Assembly: GCA_004553715.1 (NCBI GenBank) | Contig: SFKP01000006.1 | Location: 1 to 61,764 of the forward strand | Source: Clostridiales bacterium | GTDB taxonomy: Bacteria; Bacillota; Clostridia; TANB77; CAG-508 | DNA length: 61,764 nt | Direction: 5' to 3' | In this document: piece by piece, positions 1-11,737 of the stretch | Layout: the number at the start of each line of letters is the position of its first letter | Position numbering within the stretch: position 1 is the first letter of the stretch | Notes under the pieces: generated by a model | Database searches by the model: none | Seen by the model: the letters and a program-made list of their open reading frames with translations, nothing else | Told to the model about the DNA's origin: nothing | Made by a program: the position numbers and the translations under genes

Positions 1-38
1 AACATTAACATAAAATGGACAAAATTTACATTTAATAC

Positions 39-67
39 TTGAAAAACATAGAAACTTAAGATATAAT
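39..67 (+). promoter_or_regulatory. sigma-A-type promoter of the thrS leader
   Basis: TTGAAA (39-44), 17-nt spacer, TATAAT (62-67), directly upstream of the T-box leader. Confidence 0.6.
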
Positions 68-74
68 ATATTAC

Positions 75-294
75 GTAATGAATATAAACGTTGATGAGAC
101 AAAGTAAAACAAAGGTTGCTAAAAGAGAGAGTTAGTGATTGCGCTGAAAGCTAACTTAAGTAAACAGGTTTGAAAAACTACCTCGGAGTTTAGAAAAATT
201 GTGAAAACACAATCATAAAACAAGTAAAAAATTAGGGTGGAACCGTGCATAAGCACCCCTAAAATAGGATTAATTCTATTTTAGGGGTGCTTTT
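75..294 (+). promoter_or_regulatory. T-box riboswitch leader, threonine-specific, with intrinsic terminator
   Basis: AGAGA-type stem I region. Candidate specifier ACU(177-179)/ACC(180-182) in GAAAAACUACC context. Conserved T-box sequence AATTAGGGTGGAACCGTGC (230-248). Terminator stem GCACCCCTAAAATAG/CTATTTTAGGGGTGC (253-290) followed by TTTT. Confidence 0.85.
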
Positions 295-342
295 AACCTA
301 AAATGGAAATCTAAAAAACTATAAAAGGAGGATTGATTACAA

Positions 343-2100
343 ATGTTTAAAATTAAATTAAATGGAGGAAGAACAATGGAGGTGCCAGAAAAGACATTTT
401 GGCATACAACATCACACATAATGGCACAAGCTATAAAAAGATTATATCCAGAAATAAAATTAGCTATTGGACCATCAATAGATAATGGATTTTATTATGA
501 TTTTGATACAGATAAGCCATTTACTCCAGAAATGTTAGAAGAAATAGAAGAGGAAATGAAAAAAATCGTAAAAGAGGATTTAACTCTTGAAAGATTTGTA
601 CTTACAAGAAAAGAAGCATTAGAATTTATGAAAGATGAACCATATAAACAAGAGCTTATAAATGATCTTCCAGAAGATGCAGAACTTTCATTTTATAAAC
701 AAGGAGAATTTACAGACCTTTGCGCAGGACCACATATTCCAAGTACAGGAGCTGTAAAAGCAATAAAATTGCTTTCAACATCAGGTGCATATTGGCGTGG
801 AAGCGAGAAAAATAAGATGCTTCAAAGGATATATGGAATTTCATTTCCAAAAGCAAGTCAATTAGAAGAATACCTAAACATGTTAGAAGAAGCAAAGAAA
901 AGAGACCATAGAAAACTAGGTAAAGAATTAGAACTATTTTTCTTTGATGAAACAGCACCAGGAATGGTATACTGGTTACCAAAGGGATTCACAATGTTAA
1001 ATACATTAATAGATTTTTGGAGAGGTGTTCATAAAAAAAACGGATATCAAGAATTTTCTGGTCCACAATTAAATAGTAGCGAGCTTTGGAAAATTTCAGG
1101 ACATTGGGATCACTACAAAGAAGATATGTTTGTTCTAACAGATGCAGATGGAAATGAACAGGCATTAAAACCTATGAACTGTCCAAACTCAATAAAGATA
1201 TATCAATCAAAATTAAGAAGCTATAAAGACTTACCATTAAGATTTAGCGATGTTGATGTTATACATAGAAATGAAAAATCAGGCCAATTAAATGGATTAT
1301 TCAGAGTTAGAATGTTTAGACAAGATGACTCTCATAACTATATCACAGAAGAGCAAATAGGTAGTGAAATAAAATCAATTATAGAAATTGCAAAATACTT
1401 ATATTCTGTGTTTGATTTGGAATACAAGTTTACATTATCAACAAGACCAGAAGAAGGATTTATTGGAGAAATAGAAACTTGGGATAGAGCAGAGCAAGAT
1501 TTAAAAAATGTGTTAGATGAAATTTGTGGCGAAGGAAACTACGACATAAACGAAGGAGACGGGGCTTTCTACGGACCAAAAATTGATATAACAATGAAGG
1601 ACTGCTTAGGAAGAGAATGGCAAATGGGAACCGTACAATTAGACTTCCAATTACCACAAAGATTTAACTTATATTACATAGATAAAGAAGGAAACAAAAA
1701 GACACCAATATTAATACATAGAGCACTATTTGGTTCATTTGATAGATTTATAGGAATAATAACAGAACACTTTGCAGGAGCTTTCCCAACATGGCTTGCA
1801 CCAGTACAAGTAAAGATTTTGCCAATAGCAGATGGACATGTAGAATATGCTAAAAAAGTAATGGAAAAATTAGAAAAACACGGAATACGTGTAGAAATAG
1901 ATTCTAGACAAGAAAAAATAGGATATAAAATCCGTGAAGCACAATTACAAAAAATTCCATACATGCTTATAATAGGAGATAAAGAAATAGAAGCAAATGC
2001 AGTAGGAGTTCGTTCAAGAAAAGCAGGAGATATAGGACAAATGCAAATAGAAGCATTTATTGAAAAAATTCAAGAAGAAATAGACGATAAAACAAGATAA
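343..2100 (+). CDS. thrS: threonyl-tRNA synthetase (short N-terminus, TGS domain mostly absent)
   Basis: 585-aa ORF with class II ThrRS motifs (HRNEKSGQLNGLFRVRMFRQDD, GAFYGPKID) and an anticodon-binding C-terminus. AAGGAGG RBS 11 nt upstream. Thr T-box upstream. Confidence 0.95.
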   Translation: MFKIKLNGGRTMEVPEKTFWHTTSHIMAQAIKRLYPEIKLAIGPSIDNGFYYDFDTDKPFTPEMLEEIEEEMKKIVKEDLTLERFVLTRKEALEFMKDEPYKQELINDLPEDAELSFYKQGEFTDLCAGPHIPSTGAVKAIKLLSTSGAYWRGSEKNKMLQRIYGISFPKASQLEEYLNMLEEAKKRDHRKLGKELELFFFDETAPGMVYWLPKGFTMLNTLIDFWRGVHKKNGYQEFSGPQLNSSELWKISGHWDHYKEDMFVLTDADGNEQALKPMNCPNSIKIYQSKLRSYKDLPLRFSDVDVIHRNEKSGQLNGLFRVRMFRQDDSHNYITEEQIGSEIKSIIEIAKYLYSVFDLEYKFTLSTRPEEGFIGEIETWDRAEQDLKNVLDEICGEGNYDINEGDGAFYGPKIDITMKDCLGREWQMGTVQLDFQLPQRFNLYYIDKEGNKKTPILIHRALFGSFDRFIGIITEHFAGAFPTWLAPVQVKILPIADGHVEYAKKVMEKLEKHGIRVEIDSRQEKIGYKIREAQLQKIPYMLIIGDKEIEANAVGVRSRKAGDIGQMQIEAFIEKIQEEIDDKTR

Positions 2101-2122
2101 ATAATTAAATTAGTGCCAAGAT

Positions 2123-2210
2123 GCCAAGAGGGACGGGGAATTTTGGCACTAATTTGCCAAGAGGGACGGGGAATTTTGGCACTAATTTGCCAAAAGGGAC
2201 AGACCTTTTG
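2123..2210 (+). repeat. 33-bp tandem repeat (about 2.5 units), each unit able to form a GTGCCAA/TTGGCAC hairpin
   Basis: GCCAAGAGGGACGGGGAATTTTGGCACTAATTT is repeated head-to-tail at 2123-2155 and 2156-2188, followed by a degenerate third unit. Confidence 0.8.
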
Positions 2211-2279
2211 TTCAAAAAATGTCAAAAAACCGACAGCAAGATGAAGCGGATTATATATTAATTAGTCTGAACTTCTAAC
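2210..2279 (+). mobile_element. MITE copy A (internally deleted, ~70 bp)
   Basis: Keeps GTTCAAA at the left end and CCGACAGCAAGATGAAGCGGATTATATATTAATTAGTCTGAACTTCTAAC at the right, matching the right half of copies B and C. The left arm and loop are missing. Confidence 0.7.
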
Positions 2280-2309
2280 ACTAACATTTAAACTTTTTTT
2301 GTAAAATGC

Positions 2310-2339
2310 TTGACAAAAGTTACTTTTAAGTGATAATAT
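2310..2339 (+). promoter_or_regulatory. sigma-A-type promoter (extended -10) for rpoB-rpoC
   Basis: TTGACA (2310-2315), 18-nt spacer, TGATAATAT with TAATAT at 2334-2339. Implies a ~360-nt leader. Confidence 0.55.
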
Positions 2340-2698
2340 ATTATGGCACGAAAATTTGAAAAAATATAGTAAAATGGTGATTAAAATAGTAAAAAGTATT
2401 AACATAGGTATTAATTAAATAAGTAAAGTGTAGGGAAACATTAAATTAAAAATGTGAAAAATCTTCCTACACTTTTGTACGTGCTATTTTACTTATTAAT
2501 TTGATTTTTAAATTATATAAAGAGGAATTAAATATTATTTTTAGGTTATGTAAGTCGTAGGTCCGTAGGGCAGTAAGGATCAACACTTTATAATACATTA
2601 ATATTTAAGAGGGACTTTGTATAATAAAAAAATTAGAAATTAGAAAATAAAAAGCTAATTTCTATATAGATATATCTGCTCAGAATAAATTATAGGAG

Positions 2699-5600
2699 TT
2701 GATTTTTTTGTTAAAAGACATGGAATGTGGAAAAGCACAAAGGAAAACTTTTGCAAGAACTGGCGATTTCGTTGATATCCCAAATCTTATAAAAGTTCAA
2801 AAAGATTCTTACGATTGGTTTGTAAAAGAAGGGTTAGGAGAAGTATTAAAAGATATTTCACCAATAGAAGACTATTCCGGAAACCTAGTTCTAGAATTTT
2901 TCGATTACTATATGGAGGATACAACAAAATATTCTCTAGAAGAAGCTAAAGAGAGAGATGCAACATATTCTACAAGATTGCATGTTAAAGTAAGGCTTAT
3001 AAATCGTGAAACAGGCGAAATTAAAGAACAAGAAATATATCTTGGAGATTTTCCACTTATGACAGATAGTGGTACATTTATTATAAATGGAGCAGAAAGA
3101 GTAGTAGTAAGTCAATTAGTTAGATCACCAGGTTGCTATTATGAATATGATTATGATAAAACAGGCAAGAAATTGTACAAGGCTACAGTTATGCCTATTC
3201 GTGGTGCATGGCTAGAATATGAAACCGATGCTAATGATGTTTTTTATGTAAGAATAGATAGAACCAGAAAATTACCTGTAACAGCACTTTTAAGAGCATT
3301 AGGACTAGCTACAGATGATCAAATAATAAGCTTATTTGGAGAAGAAGACCAAATACTTGCAACAATTGCAAAAGATACAATAAAAACAGCTGATGAAGCA
3401 ATTGTTGAAATATATAAAAAATTAAGACCAGGAGAACTTCCAACAGTTGATGCTGCAAGGAATTTATTTAATGGATTATTCTTTGATGCAAAAAGATATG
3501 ATTTAGCAAAAGTAGGAAGATATAAATACAATAAAAAATTAAATTTAGCAACAAGAATTACAAACCAAGTTGCTTATGAAAACATATTAAACAGTGAAAC
3601 AGGTGAAATCATTGTTGAAAAAGATAACGTAATTTCTAAAGAACAAGCACTTGAAATACAGAATTCAGGAATAAATATTGTTGATGTTAAAGTTAATGAC
3701 AAAAAGATAAGAATTATAGGAAATGGTACAGTAGATATTCATGCATTTGTTGATATAAAAGACTTAGGTATAAAAGAATTAGTAAATTATGAAGTATTAA
3801 AAAATATTTTAGAAACAACAAATAAAAAAGATTTAAAGAAAGTTATAGAAGAAAGAAAAGAAGAATTAGTGCCAAAACATATTACAACAGAAGATGTTTT
3901 AGCTTCAATTAACTATTTATTGAATTTACAATATGGCTTAGGAAATGTTGACGATATTGACCATTTAGGAAACAGACGTATTCGTTGTGTTGGTGAGCTA
4001 TTACAAAATCAATTTAGAATTGGTTTAACAAGATTAGAAAGAGTTGTAAGAGAAAGAATGACGATTCAAGACTTAGATGTTATAACACCACAAACATTAA
4101 TCAATACAAAACCAATAACATCAGCAATTAGGGAGTTTTTTGGAAGTTCACAATTATCACAATTTATGGACCAAACAAATCCACTTTCAGAATTAACACA
4201 TAAAAGAAGAATTTCAGCATTAGGACCTGGAGGATTATCTAGAGAAAGAGCAGGATTTGAAGTTCGTGATGTTCATTATACACACTATGGAAGACTTTGC
4301 CCAATAGAATCTCCAGAAGGACCAAACATAGGATTAATATCTGCATTATCAACATTTGCAGTTATCAATGAATATGGATTTGTTGAAACACCATTTAGGA
4401 AAGTAGATCCAAAAACTCATAGAGTAACAGACGAAGTGGAATATATGGCAGCAGATGAAGAAGATGGATATATTATAGCTCAAGCTTCAGAACCTCGTGA
4501 TGAAAATGGAGCATTTATAAATAAAAAAATAAAAGTAAGATATTTAGATGAAATCATAGAAGTAGAAAGAGAAAAAGTAGATTATATAGATGTATCACCA
4601 AAACAATTAGTTTCAGTAGGTGCAGCTATGATACCTTTCTTAGAGCATGATGATGCAAACCGTGCATTAATGGGAGCAAACATGCAACGTCAAGCAGTTC
4701 CACTTATGATTACAGATTCACCAATAGTTGGAACAGGTATTGAATACAGAGCAGCAAAAGATTCTGGAATAACAATACTTGCAAAAGAATCAGGTGTAGT
4801 ACAAAAAGTTACTGGTGATGAAATTATAATAAAAACAAAAACAGGAATTGATACATACAAATTACGCAAATTCAAAAGAACAAATGGTGGTACATGTATT
4901 AACCAAAAACCAATAGTAGTAAAAGGCGAAGAAGTTAAAGAAGGAGATGTTATTGCAGACGGACCATCTACGCAAAATGGAGAAATGGCATTAGGTAAAA
5001 ATGTTCTTATAGCATTTACAACTTGGGAAGGTTACAACTACGAGGATGCTGTTTTACTAAGTGAAAGATTGGTTAAAGAAGATGTTTATACATCAATACA
5101 TATTGAAGAATATGATTGTGAATGCCGTGATACAAAATTAGGAGCAGAAGAAATCACAAGAGATATACCAAATGTTGGAGAAGATGGACTAAAAGATCTT
5201 GATGAAAATGGTATTATAAGAATTGGTGCAGAAGTAAGACCTGGAGATATCTTAGTAGGGAAAGTAACTCCAAAAGGAGAAACAGAATTAACTGCAGAAG
5301 AAAGGTTACTTCGTGCAATCTTTGGTGAAAAATCAAGAGAAGTTCGTGATACTTCATTAAAAGTACCACATGGAGAAGCAGGAACAATAGTAGATGTAAA
5401 AATATTTACAAGAGACAATTCAGATGAATTAGCACCAGGAGTAAACCAAGTAATAAGAGTATATATTGCTCAAAAGAGAAAAATATCAGTTGGTGATAAA
5501 ATGGCTGGACGTCATGGAAACAAAGGTGTTGTTTCAAGAATATTACCAGTAGAAGATATGCCATTTATGCCAGATGGAACACCTGTAGATGTTGTTTTAA

Positions 5601-6397
5601 ACCCACTTGGTGTACCTTCACGTATGAATTTAGGCCAAGTTTTAGAGGTTCACTTAGGAGCAGCAGCAAGATTGCTTGGATTAAAAGTTGCAACACCAGT
5701 ATTTGATGGTGCAAGAGATGAAGATATATTAGAAATGTTAAAAGAAGCAGGATTATCAGAGGATGGAAAAACAACACTTTATGATGGAAGAACAGGAGAA
5801 CCTTTTGACCAACCAGTTACTGTTGGTGTAATGTATATGCTTAAACTTCACCATCTAGTAGATGATAAGATCCATGCTCGTTCAACAGGACCATACTCAT
5901 TAGTAACACAACAACCTCTTGGTGGTAAAGCACAATTTGGTGGACAACGTTTCGGAGAGATGGAAGTTTGGGCATTAGAGGCTTATGGTGCAGCATATAC
6001 ACTTCAAGAAATATTAACAGATGATGTTATAGGAAGAGTAAAAACTTATGAAGCAATTGTTAAAGGCGAAAATGTTCCAGAACCAGGAGTTCCAGAAAGC
6101 TTTAAAGTATTAATAAAAGAACTTCAAAGTTTAGGACTAGATGTTAGACTATATTCAGAAAATGATGAAGAACTTGAATTAAGCGAAAATATAGAAGATG
6201 GAATAGACTTTAATTTAGATGATGCAAAAAACATTTTATCAGAAGAACTTGCAATTGATAAAGATGATGAAATAATGGAAGAAGAAAACTTAGAAGAGCT
6301 AGATGAAGAAGATATGGACTTCTTAGAAGAAGACGATATTTTAGATGATGGCTTAGATGATGAAGATATTGCAAATGATGATATTATAGATGAGTAA
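2699..6397 (+). CDS. rpoB: DNA-directed RNA polymerase subunit beta
   Basis: 1232-aa ORF with [15 protein letters not shown] and NMQRQAVPL motifs. The ORF-track start TTG 2699 abuts the AGGAG at 2695-2698, so TTG 2708 or ATG 2720 are more plausible starts. Confidence 0.97.
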   Translation: MIFLLKDMECGKAQRKTFARTGDFVDIPNLIKVQKDSYDWFVKEGLGEVLKDISPIEDYSGNLVLEFFDYYMEDTTKYSLEEAKERDATYSTRLHVKVRLINRETGEIKEQEIYLGDFPLMTDSGTFIINGAERVVVSQLVRSPGCYYEYDYDKTGKKLYKATVMPIRGAWLEYETDANDVFYVRIDRTRKLPVTALLRALGLATDDQIISLFGEEDQILATIAKDTIKTADEAIVEIYKKLRPGELPTVDAARNLFNGLFFDAKRYDLAKVGRYKYNKKLNLATRITNQVAYENILNSETGEIIVEKDNVISKEQALEIQNSGINIVDVKVNDKKIRIIGNGTVDIHAFVDIKDLGIKELVNYEVLKNILETTNKKDLKKVIEERKEELVPKHITTEDVLASINYLLNLQYGLGNVDDIDHLGNRRIRCVGELLQNQFRIGLTRLERVVRERMTIQDLDVITPQTLINTKPITSAIREFFGSSQLSQFMDQTNPLSELTHKRRISALGPGGLSRERAGFEVRDVHYTHYGRLCPIESPEGPNIGLISALSTFAVINEYGFVETPFRKVDPKTHRVTDEVEYMAADEEDGYIIAQASEPRDENGAFINKKIKVRYLDEIIEVEREKVDYIDVSPKQLVSVGAAMIPFLEHDDANRALMGANMQRQAVPLMITDSPIVGTGIEYRAAKDSGITILAKESGVVQKVTGDEIIIKTKTGIDTYKLRKFKRTNGGTCINQKPIVVKGEEVKEGDVIADGPSTQNGEMALGKNVLIAFTTWEGYNYEDAVLLSERLVKEDVYTSIHIEEYDCECRDTKLGAEEITRDIPNVGEDGLKDLDENGIIRIGAEVRPGDILVGKVTPKGETELTAEERLLRAIFGEKSREVRDTSLKVPHGEAGTIVDVKIFTRDNSDELAPGVNQVIRVYIAQKRKISVGDKMAGRHGNKGVVSRILPVEDMPFMPDGTPVDVVLNPLGVPSRMNLGQVLEVHLGAAARLLGLKVATPVFDGARDEDILEMLKEAGLSEDGKTTLYDGRTGEPFDQPVTVGVMYMLKLHHLVDDKIHARSTGPYSLVTQQPLGGKAQFGGQRFGEMEVWALEAYGAAYTLQEILTDDVIGRVKTYEAIVKGENVPEPGVPESFKVLIKELQSLGLDVRLYSENDEELELSENIEDGIDFNLDDAKNILSEELAIDKDDEIMEEENLEELDEEDMDFLEEDDILDDGLDDEDIANDDIIDE

Positions 6398-6504
6398 AAT
6401 AATTAAATAGAAAAGCATAATAAGATTAAATGACAGTAAAATTTGTTCGAGCAATGTTTATATTTAATTAAAAATGCAAAAATTTTTAAATAGGGGGTAA
6501 CTTA

Positions 6505-9500
6505 ATGGAGAACAATCAAAATCAAGATGAATTAGCAGTTTTTGATAAAATAAAAGTAGGTCTTGCATCTGATGAGAAAATAAGAGAATGGTCAAGAGGA
6601 GAAGTAAAAAAACCAGAAACCATTAATTATAGAACTTTAAAACCAGAAAAAGATGGTCTATTTTGTGAGAAAATATTTGGACCAACAAAAGACTGGGAAT
6701 GCCATTGTGGTAAATATAAAAGAATAAGATATAAAGGCATAATTTGTGATAGATGTGGAGTAGAAGTAACAAAATCAAAAGTTAGACGTGAGAGAATGGG
6801 ACATATTGAACTTGCATCTCCAGTAGCACATATTTGGTATTTTAAAGGAATTCCAAGCAGAATATCTTTAATATTAGATATGTCTCCAAGAAGCCTTGAA
6901 AAAGTAATATATTTTGCAGCATATGTTGTAATAGATAAAGGAACTTCAGGATTAACAAAAACACAAGTATTAACAGAAAAAGAATATCGTGAAGCTGAAG
7001 AAAAATACGGAAAAGGCTCATTTACAGCAAAAATGGGAGCAGAAGCTATAAGGACTTTATTAAAAGAAGTTGATTTAGACAAATTATCAGAAAAATTAAA
7101 GAAAGAAATAGCAAAAGCAACCGAACAAAAAAAGGTTAAATTAGTAAAAAGATTAGATACTGTTGAAAGCTTTAGACTATCTGGAAATAAACCAGAATGG
7201 ATGGTAATGGGTGTTATACCAGTTATACCACCAGAACTAAGACCAATGGTACAATTAGATGGTGGGAGATTTGCAACATCTGATTTAAATGATTTATATA
7301 GAAGAGTAATTAACAGAAATAACAGATTAAAAAGATTATTAGAATTAGGAGCACCAGAAATAATTGTTAGAAATGAAAAAAGAATGCTTCAAGAATCTGT
7401 AGATGCTTTAATAGATAATGGTAGACGTGGAAGACCTGTTACAGGAGCTGGAAATAGACCATTAAAATCATTGTCAGATATGCTAAAAGGAAAACAAGGA
7501 CGTTTCAGACAAAACCTATTAGGAAAAAGGGTTGACTATTCAGGCCGTTCTGTTATAGTTGTAGGTCCAGAACTTAAAATATATCAATGTGGGCTTCCAA
7601 AAGAAATGGCAGTAGAATTATTCAAACCTTTTGTAATGAAAGAATTAGTAAGCCGTGGATTAGCACATAATATTAAAAATGCAAAAAGAATGGTAGAAAA
7701 ATTAAGACCAGAGGTATGGGATATATTAGAAGAAGTTATTGCAGACCATCCAGTAATGCTAAACCGTGCTCCAACACTACATAGACTTGGTATTCAAGCA
7801 TTTGAACCAGTTTTAGTAGAAGGAAGAGCAATAAAATTACACCCATTAGTTTGTACAGCATTTAACGCCGATTTCGATGGTGACCAAATGGCAGTACATG
7901 TTCCATTATCACCAGAAGCACAAGCAGAAGCAAGATATTTAATGCTATCTGTAAACAACTTATTAAAACCACAAGATGGTAAACCAGTTACAATTCCATC
8001 ACAAGATATGATTTTAGGAAGCTATTATTTAACAATGGAAGTTGGAGGAGAAAAAGGAGAAGGAATGTACTTCAAAGATGAAGAAGAGGCCCTTCTTGCT
8101 TACCAAAATGGTGACTTAGGTTTACATGCAAAAGTAAAAATAAGAATGAAAAGAGAAATAGATGGCGAAGAAAAAACTAAAACTATAGAAACTACAGTTG
8201 GAAAAGTTATATTTAACGAAGTAATACCACAAGATTTAGGTTTTGTTGATAGAACAGATCCAGAAAAAGAATTCGATTTAGAAATAGGATTCCCTGTAAT
8301 GAAGAAAAATTTAGGATCGATTATTGCAAAATGTATAGATAAACATGGATTAAATGTAACAGCAGAATTACTAGATAATATTAAATCTTTAGGATACAAA
8401 TATTCAACAAAAGGTGCAATAACAGTTTCAGTTTCAGATGTTGCAGTTCCACCAGCTAAAAAAGAAATATTAGCAAATTCTGAAAGACAAGTTGAAGAAA
8501 TTGCTAAACAATATAAACGTGGTTTAATTACTGATGATGAAAGATATTCATCAATAATTAAAGTCTGGGAAAAAGCAACAAATGATGTTACAGATGCAAT
8601 GGTTGCTAACTTTGATGAATTAAACCCAATTTATATGATGGCACACTCTGGAGCCAGAGGAGATATGGGACAATTACGTCAAATCGCAGGTATGCGTGGA
8701 CTTATGGCAAATACATCTGGTAAAGCAGTAGAAATACCAATTAAAGCTTGCTTTAGAGAAGGACTTGATGCACTAGAATATTTCGTTTCATCACATGGTG
8801 CAAGAAAAGGTTTAGCCGATATCGCTATCAGAACTGCTGACTCTGGATATTTAACAAGAAGATTAGTAGATGTATCTCAAGATATAATCGTAAGAGAAGA
8901 AGATTGCGGTACAGAAAGCTATATTGAAGTAGAAGATATTAAAGATGGAAATCAAATAATCGAAACTTTACATGAAAGATTAATAGGAAGATATCCAGCC
9001 GAAGACATTATTGACCCTACAACAGGCGAAGTAATTGTTGATAAAAATACATTAATTGTTCCAATGCTAGCAGATAAAATCATAGAAGCAGGATATACAA
9101 AAGTAAAAGTACGTTCAGTACTTGCTTGTAAAACAAAACACGGTGTTTGTGCTAAATGCTATGGAATGGGACTTGCAACAAGAAAACGAGTAAATATAGG
9201 AGAAGCGGTAGGAATTATTGCAGCACAATCAATTGGGGAGCCAGGTACACAGCTTACAATGAGAACTTTCCACTCTGGTGGTGTTGCAGGAGGAGATATT
9301 ACACAAGGTTTACCTAGAGTTGAAGAGATTTTTGAAGCTAGAAAACCAAAGGGATTAGCAACAATTTCTGAAATAGCAGGAACTGTTAAAATAGCCGACA
9401 ACAAGAAGAGAAAAGAAGTAACAGTAGTAGGAAAAGACGATGCCAAAACATATTTAATAAGTTTTGGATCTAAGATAAAAGTGAAAGATGGAGACGAAAT

Positions 9501-10101
9501 AGAAGCAGGAGCACCTATTACAGAAGGTTCAATTAATCCAAGCGAAATACTTGCAATAAATGGAGTAGATGGAGTATACAAATATTTAACAGCAGAAGTT
9601 CAAAAAGTGTATAGAAACCAAGGTGTTGATATTAACGATAAACACATTGAAGTAATTGCAAGACAAATGCTAAAAAGAATTAAAATTGAAGATGCAGGAG
9701 ATACAAGATTATTCCCAGGTTCATTAATTGACATAAATGAATTAAACAGCATTAATGAACAAATGGAAAAAGAAGGTAAAGAAAAAGCAACAGGTTCAAG
9801 AGTTCTTCTAGGAATAACAAAAGCATCACTTGCAACAGAAAGTTTCTTATCAGCAGCATCTTTCCAAGAAACAACAAGAGTATTAACAGAAGCAGCAATA
9901 AAAGGAAAGACAGATCCATTAATAGGATTAAAAGAAAATGTAATTATAGGAAAACTTATTCCAGCAGGAACAGGAATGTCATTATACAGAAATATAGGAA
10001 TAAATACAGAGAAAAAAGAAGAAGCCGTAGAAACAGTAACAACAGAAAAAGAGAATTCTAAAACAGAAGAAGCTTCAGAAACAATAAAAACACAAGAATA
10101 A
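6505..10101 (+). CDS. rpoC: DNA-directed RNA polymerase subunit beta-prime
   Basis: 1198-aa ORF with catalytic [10 protein letters not shown]-terminal Cys-rich zinc motif (CHCGKYK...CDRCG) and an AGGGGG RBS. Confidence 0.97.
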   Translation: MENNQNQDELAVFDKIKVGLASDEKIREWSRGEVKKPETINYRTLKPEKDGLFCEKIFGPTKDWECHCGKYKRIRYKGIICDRCGVEVTKSKVRRERMGHIELASPVAHIWYFKGIPSRISLILDMSPRSLEKVIYFAAYVVIDKGTSGLTKTQVLTEKEYREAEEKYGKGSFTAKMGAEAIRTLLKEVDLDKLSEKLKKEIAKATEQKKVKLVKRLDTVESFRLSGNKPEWMVMGVIPVIPPELRPMVQLDGGRFATSDLNDLYRRVINRNNRLKRLLELGAPEIIVRNEKRMLQESVDALIDNGRRGRPVTGAGNRPLKSLSDMLKGKQGRFRQNLLGKRVDYSGRSVIVVGPELKIYQCGLPKEMAVELFKPFVMKELVSRGLAHNIKNAKRMVEKLRPEVWDILEEVIADHPVMLNRAPTLHRLGIQAFEPVLVEGRAIKLHPLVCTAFNADFDGDQMAVHVPLSPEAQAEARYLMLSVNNLLKPQDGKPVTIPSQDMILGSYYLTMEVGGEKGEGMYFKDEEEALLAYQNGDLGLHAKVKIRMKREIDGEEKTKTIETTVGKVIFNEVIPQDLGFVDRTDPEKEFDLEIGFPVMKKNLGSIIAKCIDKHGLNVTAELLDNIKSLGYKYSTKGAITVSVSDVAVPPAKKEILANSERQVEEIAKQYKRGLITDDERYSSIIKVWEKATNDVTDAMVANFDELNPIYMMAHSGARGDMGQLRQIAGMRGLMANTSGKAVEIPIKACFREGLDALEYFVSSHGARKGLADIAIRTADSGYLTRRLVDVSQDIIVREEDCGTESYIEVEDIKDGNQIIETLHERLIGRYPAEDIIDPTTGEVIVDKNTLIVPMLADKIIEAGYTKVKVRSVLACKTKHGVCAKCYGMGLATRKRVNIGEAVGIIAAQSIGEPGTQLTMRTFHSGGVAGGDITQGLPRVEEIFEARKPKGLATISEIAGTVKIADNKKRKEVTVVGKDDAKTYLISFGSKIKVKDGDEIEAGAPITEGSINPSEILAINGVDGVYKYLTAEVQKVYRNQGVDINDKHIEVIARQMLKRIKIEDAGDTRLFPGSLIDINELNSINEQMEKEGKEKATGSRVLLGITKASLATESFLSAASFQETTRVLTEAAIKGKTDPLIGLKENVIIGKLIPAGTGMSLYRNIGINTEKKEEAVETVTTEKENSKTEEASETIKTQE

Positions 10102-10109
10102 AACATCAA

Positions 10110-10143
10110 AACTATCTAACACAGATTGTTAGATAGTTTTTTG
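10110..10143 (+). terminator. rho-independent terminator after rpoC
   Basis: AACTATCTAAC (10110-10120) pairs with GTTAGATAGTT (10128-10138), followed by a T-run. Confidence 0.8.
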
Positions 10144-10185
10144 TTGCTGATGTATCTTAAAAAACATTATTTATTAATACTTTTT

Positions 10186-10328
10186 GTTAATGTTCAAACC
10201 CAAATTTTCAAATTAGTAGCTCCACGTATCGGTTTCACTTTTCTTTTCGTGCTTTAACCTAAGAAAAGAAAAGGACCAACCGACAGCAGGATGGAACGGA
10301 TTATATATTAATTATTCTGAACTGTAAC
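10186..10328 (+). mobile_element. MITE copy B (full length)
   Basis: Ends GTTAATGTTCAAA...TTCTGAACTGTAAC with a long central hairpin. Flanked by the direct repeat TACTTTTT (10178-10185 and 10329-10336), an 8-bp target-site duplication. Confidence 0.85.
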
Positions 10329-10441
10329 TACTTTTTTATATATTTAAATGAAAAATATTGAATAAGTTTCAGAATAATGTTAAAATAAAAATGCTAGTGT
10401 AAAAATCGACAAAAATATATATTATTTTTAAGGGGGATATC

Positions 10442-11389
10442 ATGAAAGATATTAAAATTTTTGCTTGTAATTCAGCAGAAGAATTCACGAAAGAAATATG
10501 TGATTGTTTAAATTTACCATTAGGAGAAAAAGATTCATTTAAATTTCAAAATGACAACAATTTTGTACAACTAAAAGAAACCGTTAGAGATCAGGATGTG
10601 TTTATTGTCCAAACAACAATGCCACCAGTAAACGAAAGAATTATGGAATTATTAATTACAGTAGAAGCAGCAAGAAGAGCTTCTGCTAGAAGAATAACAG
10701 TAGTGTTACCATACTTTATGTATTCAAGATCAGATAAAAAAGATCAACCAAGAATACCAGTAACAGCAAAATTAATGGCAAAATTATTAGAAGCAGCAGG
10801 GGTAGACAGAGTAATAACATGTGATTTACACAACCCAGCAATACAAGCATATTTTGATATAGCATGTGACAGATTAACTGCAAAACATTTACTAGAAAGA
10901 TATTTTAAAGAGAAAAATTTAAGTGACATAGTTGTCGTTGCAACAGATGCAGGAAGTTCTAAAAAAGCATATAAATATTCACACTATTTTGAATGTCCAC
11001 TTGCATTAATAGATAAAAGAAGAGATTCAAATAATGATAATGCAGTAGCAACAGGAATTATAGGAGATATAAAAGGAAAAACAGCATTAATTTTTGATGA
11101 TGAGGTAAGTACAGCAGGAACACTTATAGAAGCAGCATCTATTTTAAAGGCTCATGGAGCAAAAGAAATATATGCAGGTGCAACACACGGAGTACTAGTA
11201 GGCCCAGCAATAGAAAGAATAAAAAATTCAGACATAAAAGAACTAGTAGTAACAAATACTATTCCATTAGAACCAGAAAAAAGAATTGACAAAATAAAAG
11301 TTGTTTCAATTGCACCATTATTTGCAGAAGCAATCAGAAGAATAAACGAAGGGGAACCTATGGGAGACCTATTCGAATATGATAAATAA
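10442..11389 (+). CDS. prs: ribose-phosphate pyrophosphokinase
   Basis: 315-aa ORF with PRPP-binding loop IFDDEVSTAGTL, typical Prs N-terminus and a GGGGGA RBS. Confidence 0.93.
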   Translation: MKDIKIFACNSAEEFTKEICDCLNLPLGEKDSFKFQNDNNFVQLKETVRDQDVFIVQTTMPPVNERIMELLITVEAARRASARRITVVLPYFMYSRSDKKDQPRIPVTAKLMAKLLEAAGVDRVITCDLHNPAIQAYFDIACDRLTAKHLLERYFKEKNLSDIVVVATDAGSSKKAYKYSHYFECPLALIDKRRDSNNDNAVATGIIGDIKGKTALIFDDEVSTAGTLIEAASILKAHGAKEIYAGATHGVLVGPAIERIKNSDIKELVVTNTIPLEPEKRIDKIKVVSIAPLFAEAIRRINEGEPMGDLFEYDK

Positions 11390-11392
11390 AAA

Positions 11393-11440
11393 TGAAAAAA
11401 CAAAGGCGACTGATAAGTCGCCTTTACATATTTTTTTAAA
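11393..11440. terminator. bidirectional terminator between prs (+) and rpsU (-)
   Basis: AAAGGCGAC/GTCGCCTTT hairpin (11402-11425) with an A-run upstream and a T-run downstream. Confidence 0.75.
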
Positions 11441-11447
11441 ATATGTA

Positions 11448-11618
11448 TTAGAATCTTCTTTTCCTTGCTGCTTCTGATTTTTTCTTTCTTTTTACACTTG
11501 GTTTTTCATAATGCTCTCTTTTCCTAACTTCTTGTAAAACTCCATTTCTAACGCATTGTCTTTTAAATCTTTTAAGAGCATCTTCTATATTTCCATTATT
11601 AACTTTAATTTCTGCCAT
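11448..11618 (-). CDS. rpsU: 30S ribosomal protein S21
   Basis: [21 protein letters not shown]...[24 protein letters not shown] before the ATG at 11618. The ORF-track start at 11639 is upstream of the RBS. Confidence 0.9.
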   Translation of the reverse strand: MAEIKVNNGNIEDALKRFKRQCVRNGVLQEVRKREHYEKPSVKRKKKSEAARKRRF

Positions 11619-11737
11619 TTTATTTCCCTCCCCCCACAATATATTGTGTATTTATCTCTATTGGGATTTAACTTTATATATTATAATATGAAATGGGCTT
11701 TACTGTCAAGTTTTTTATCAAAAATTATTCACTATTC

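Noticed and set aside
2123-2210. Possibility that the 33-bp tandem repeats, or the coding repeats at 43790-44830, form a CRISPR array
   Set aside because: There are no unique spacers between the units. The first array is strictly head-to-tail, and the second lies in-frame within a protein repeat. No cas genes are present.
6120-6397. Highly acidic ~90-aa C-terminal tail of RpoB ([30 protein letters not shown])
   Set aside because: Acidic C-terminal extensions of RpoB are common in Firmicutes, and B. subtilis RpoB also ends in an acidic tail. This one is longer than usual but not clearly anomalous.
710-10109. Numerous antisense ORFs in the ORF track inside thrS, rpoB and rpoC (for example 710-982, 5086-5418, 6627-7082, 9159-9581, 9600-10109). 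Similar ones lie inside ftsH, hydAB, guaA, the adhesin and the giant protein.
   Set aside because: They lie entirely within strongly supported genes on the opposite strand. They have L/F/S/I-rich low-complexity translations typical of the reverse complement of AT-rich coding sequence. None has a convincing RBS.
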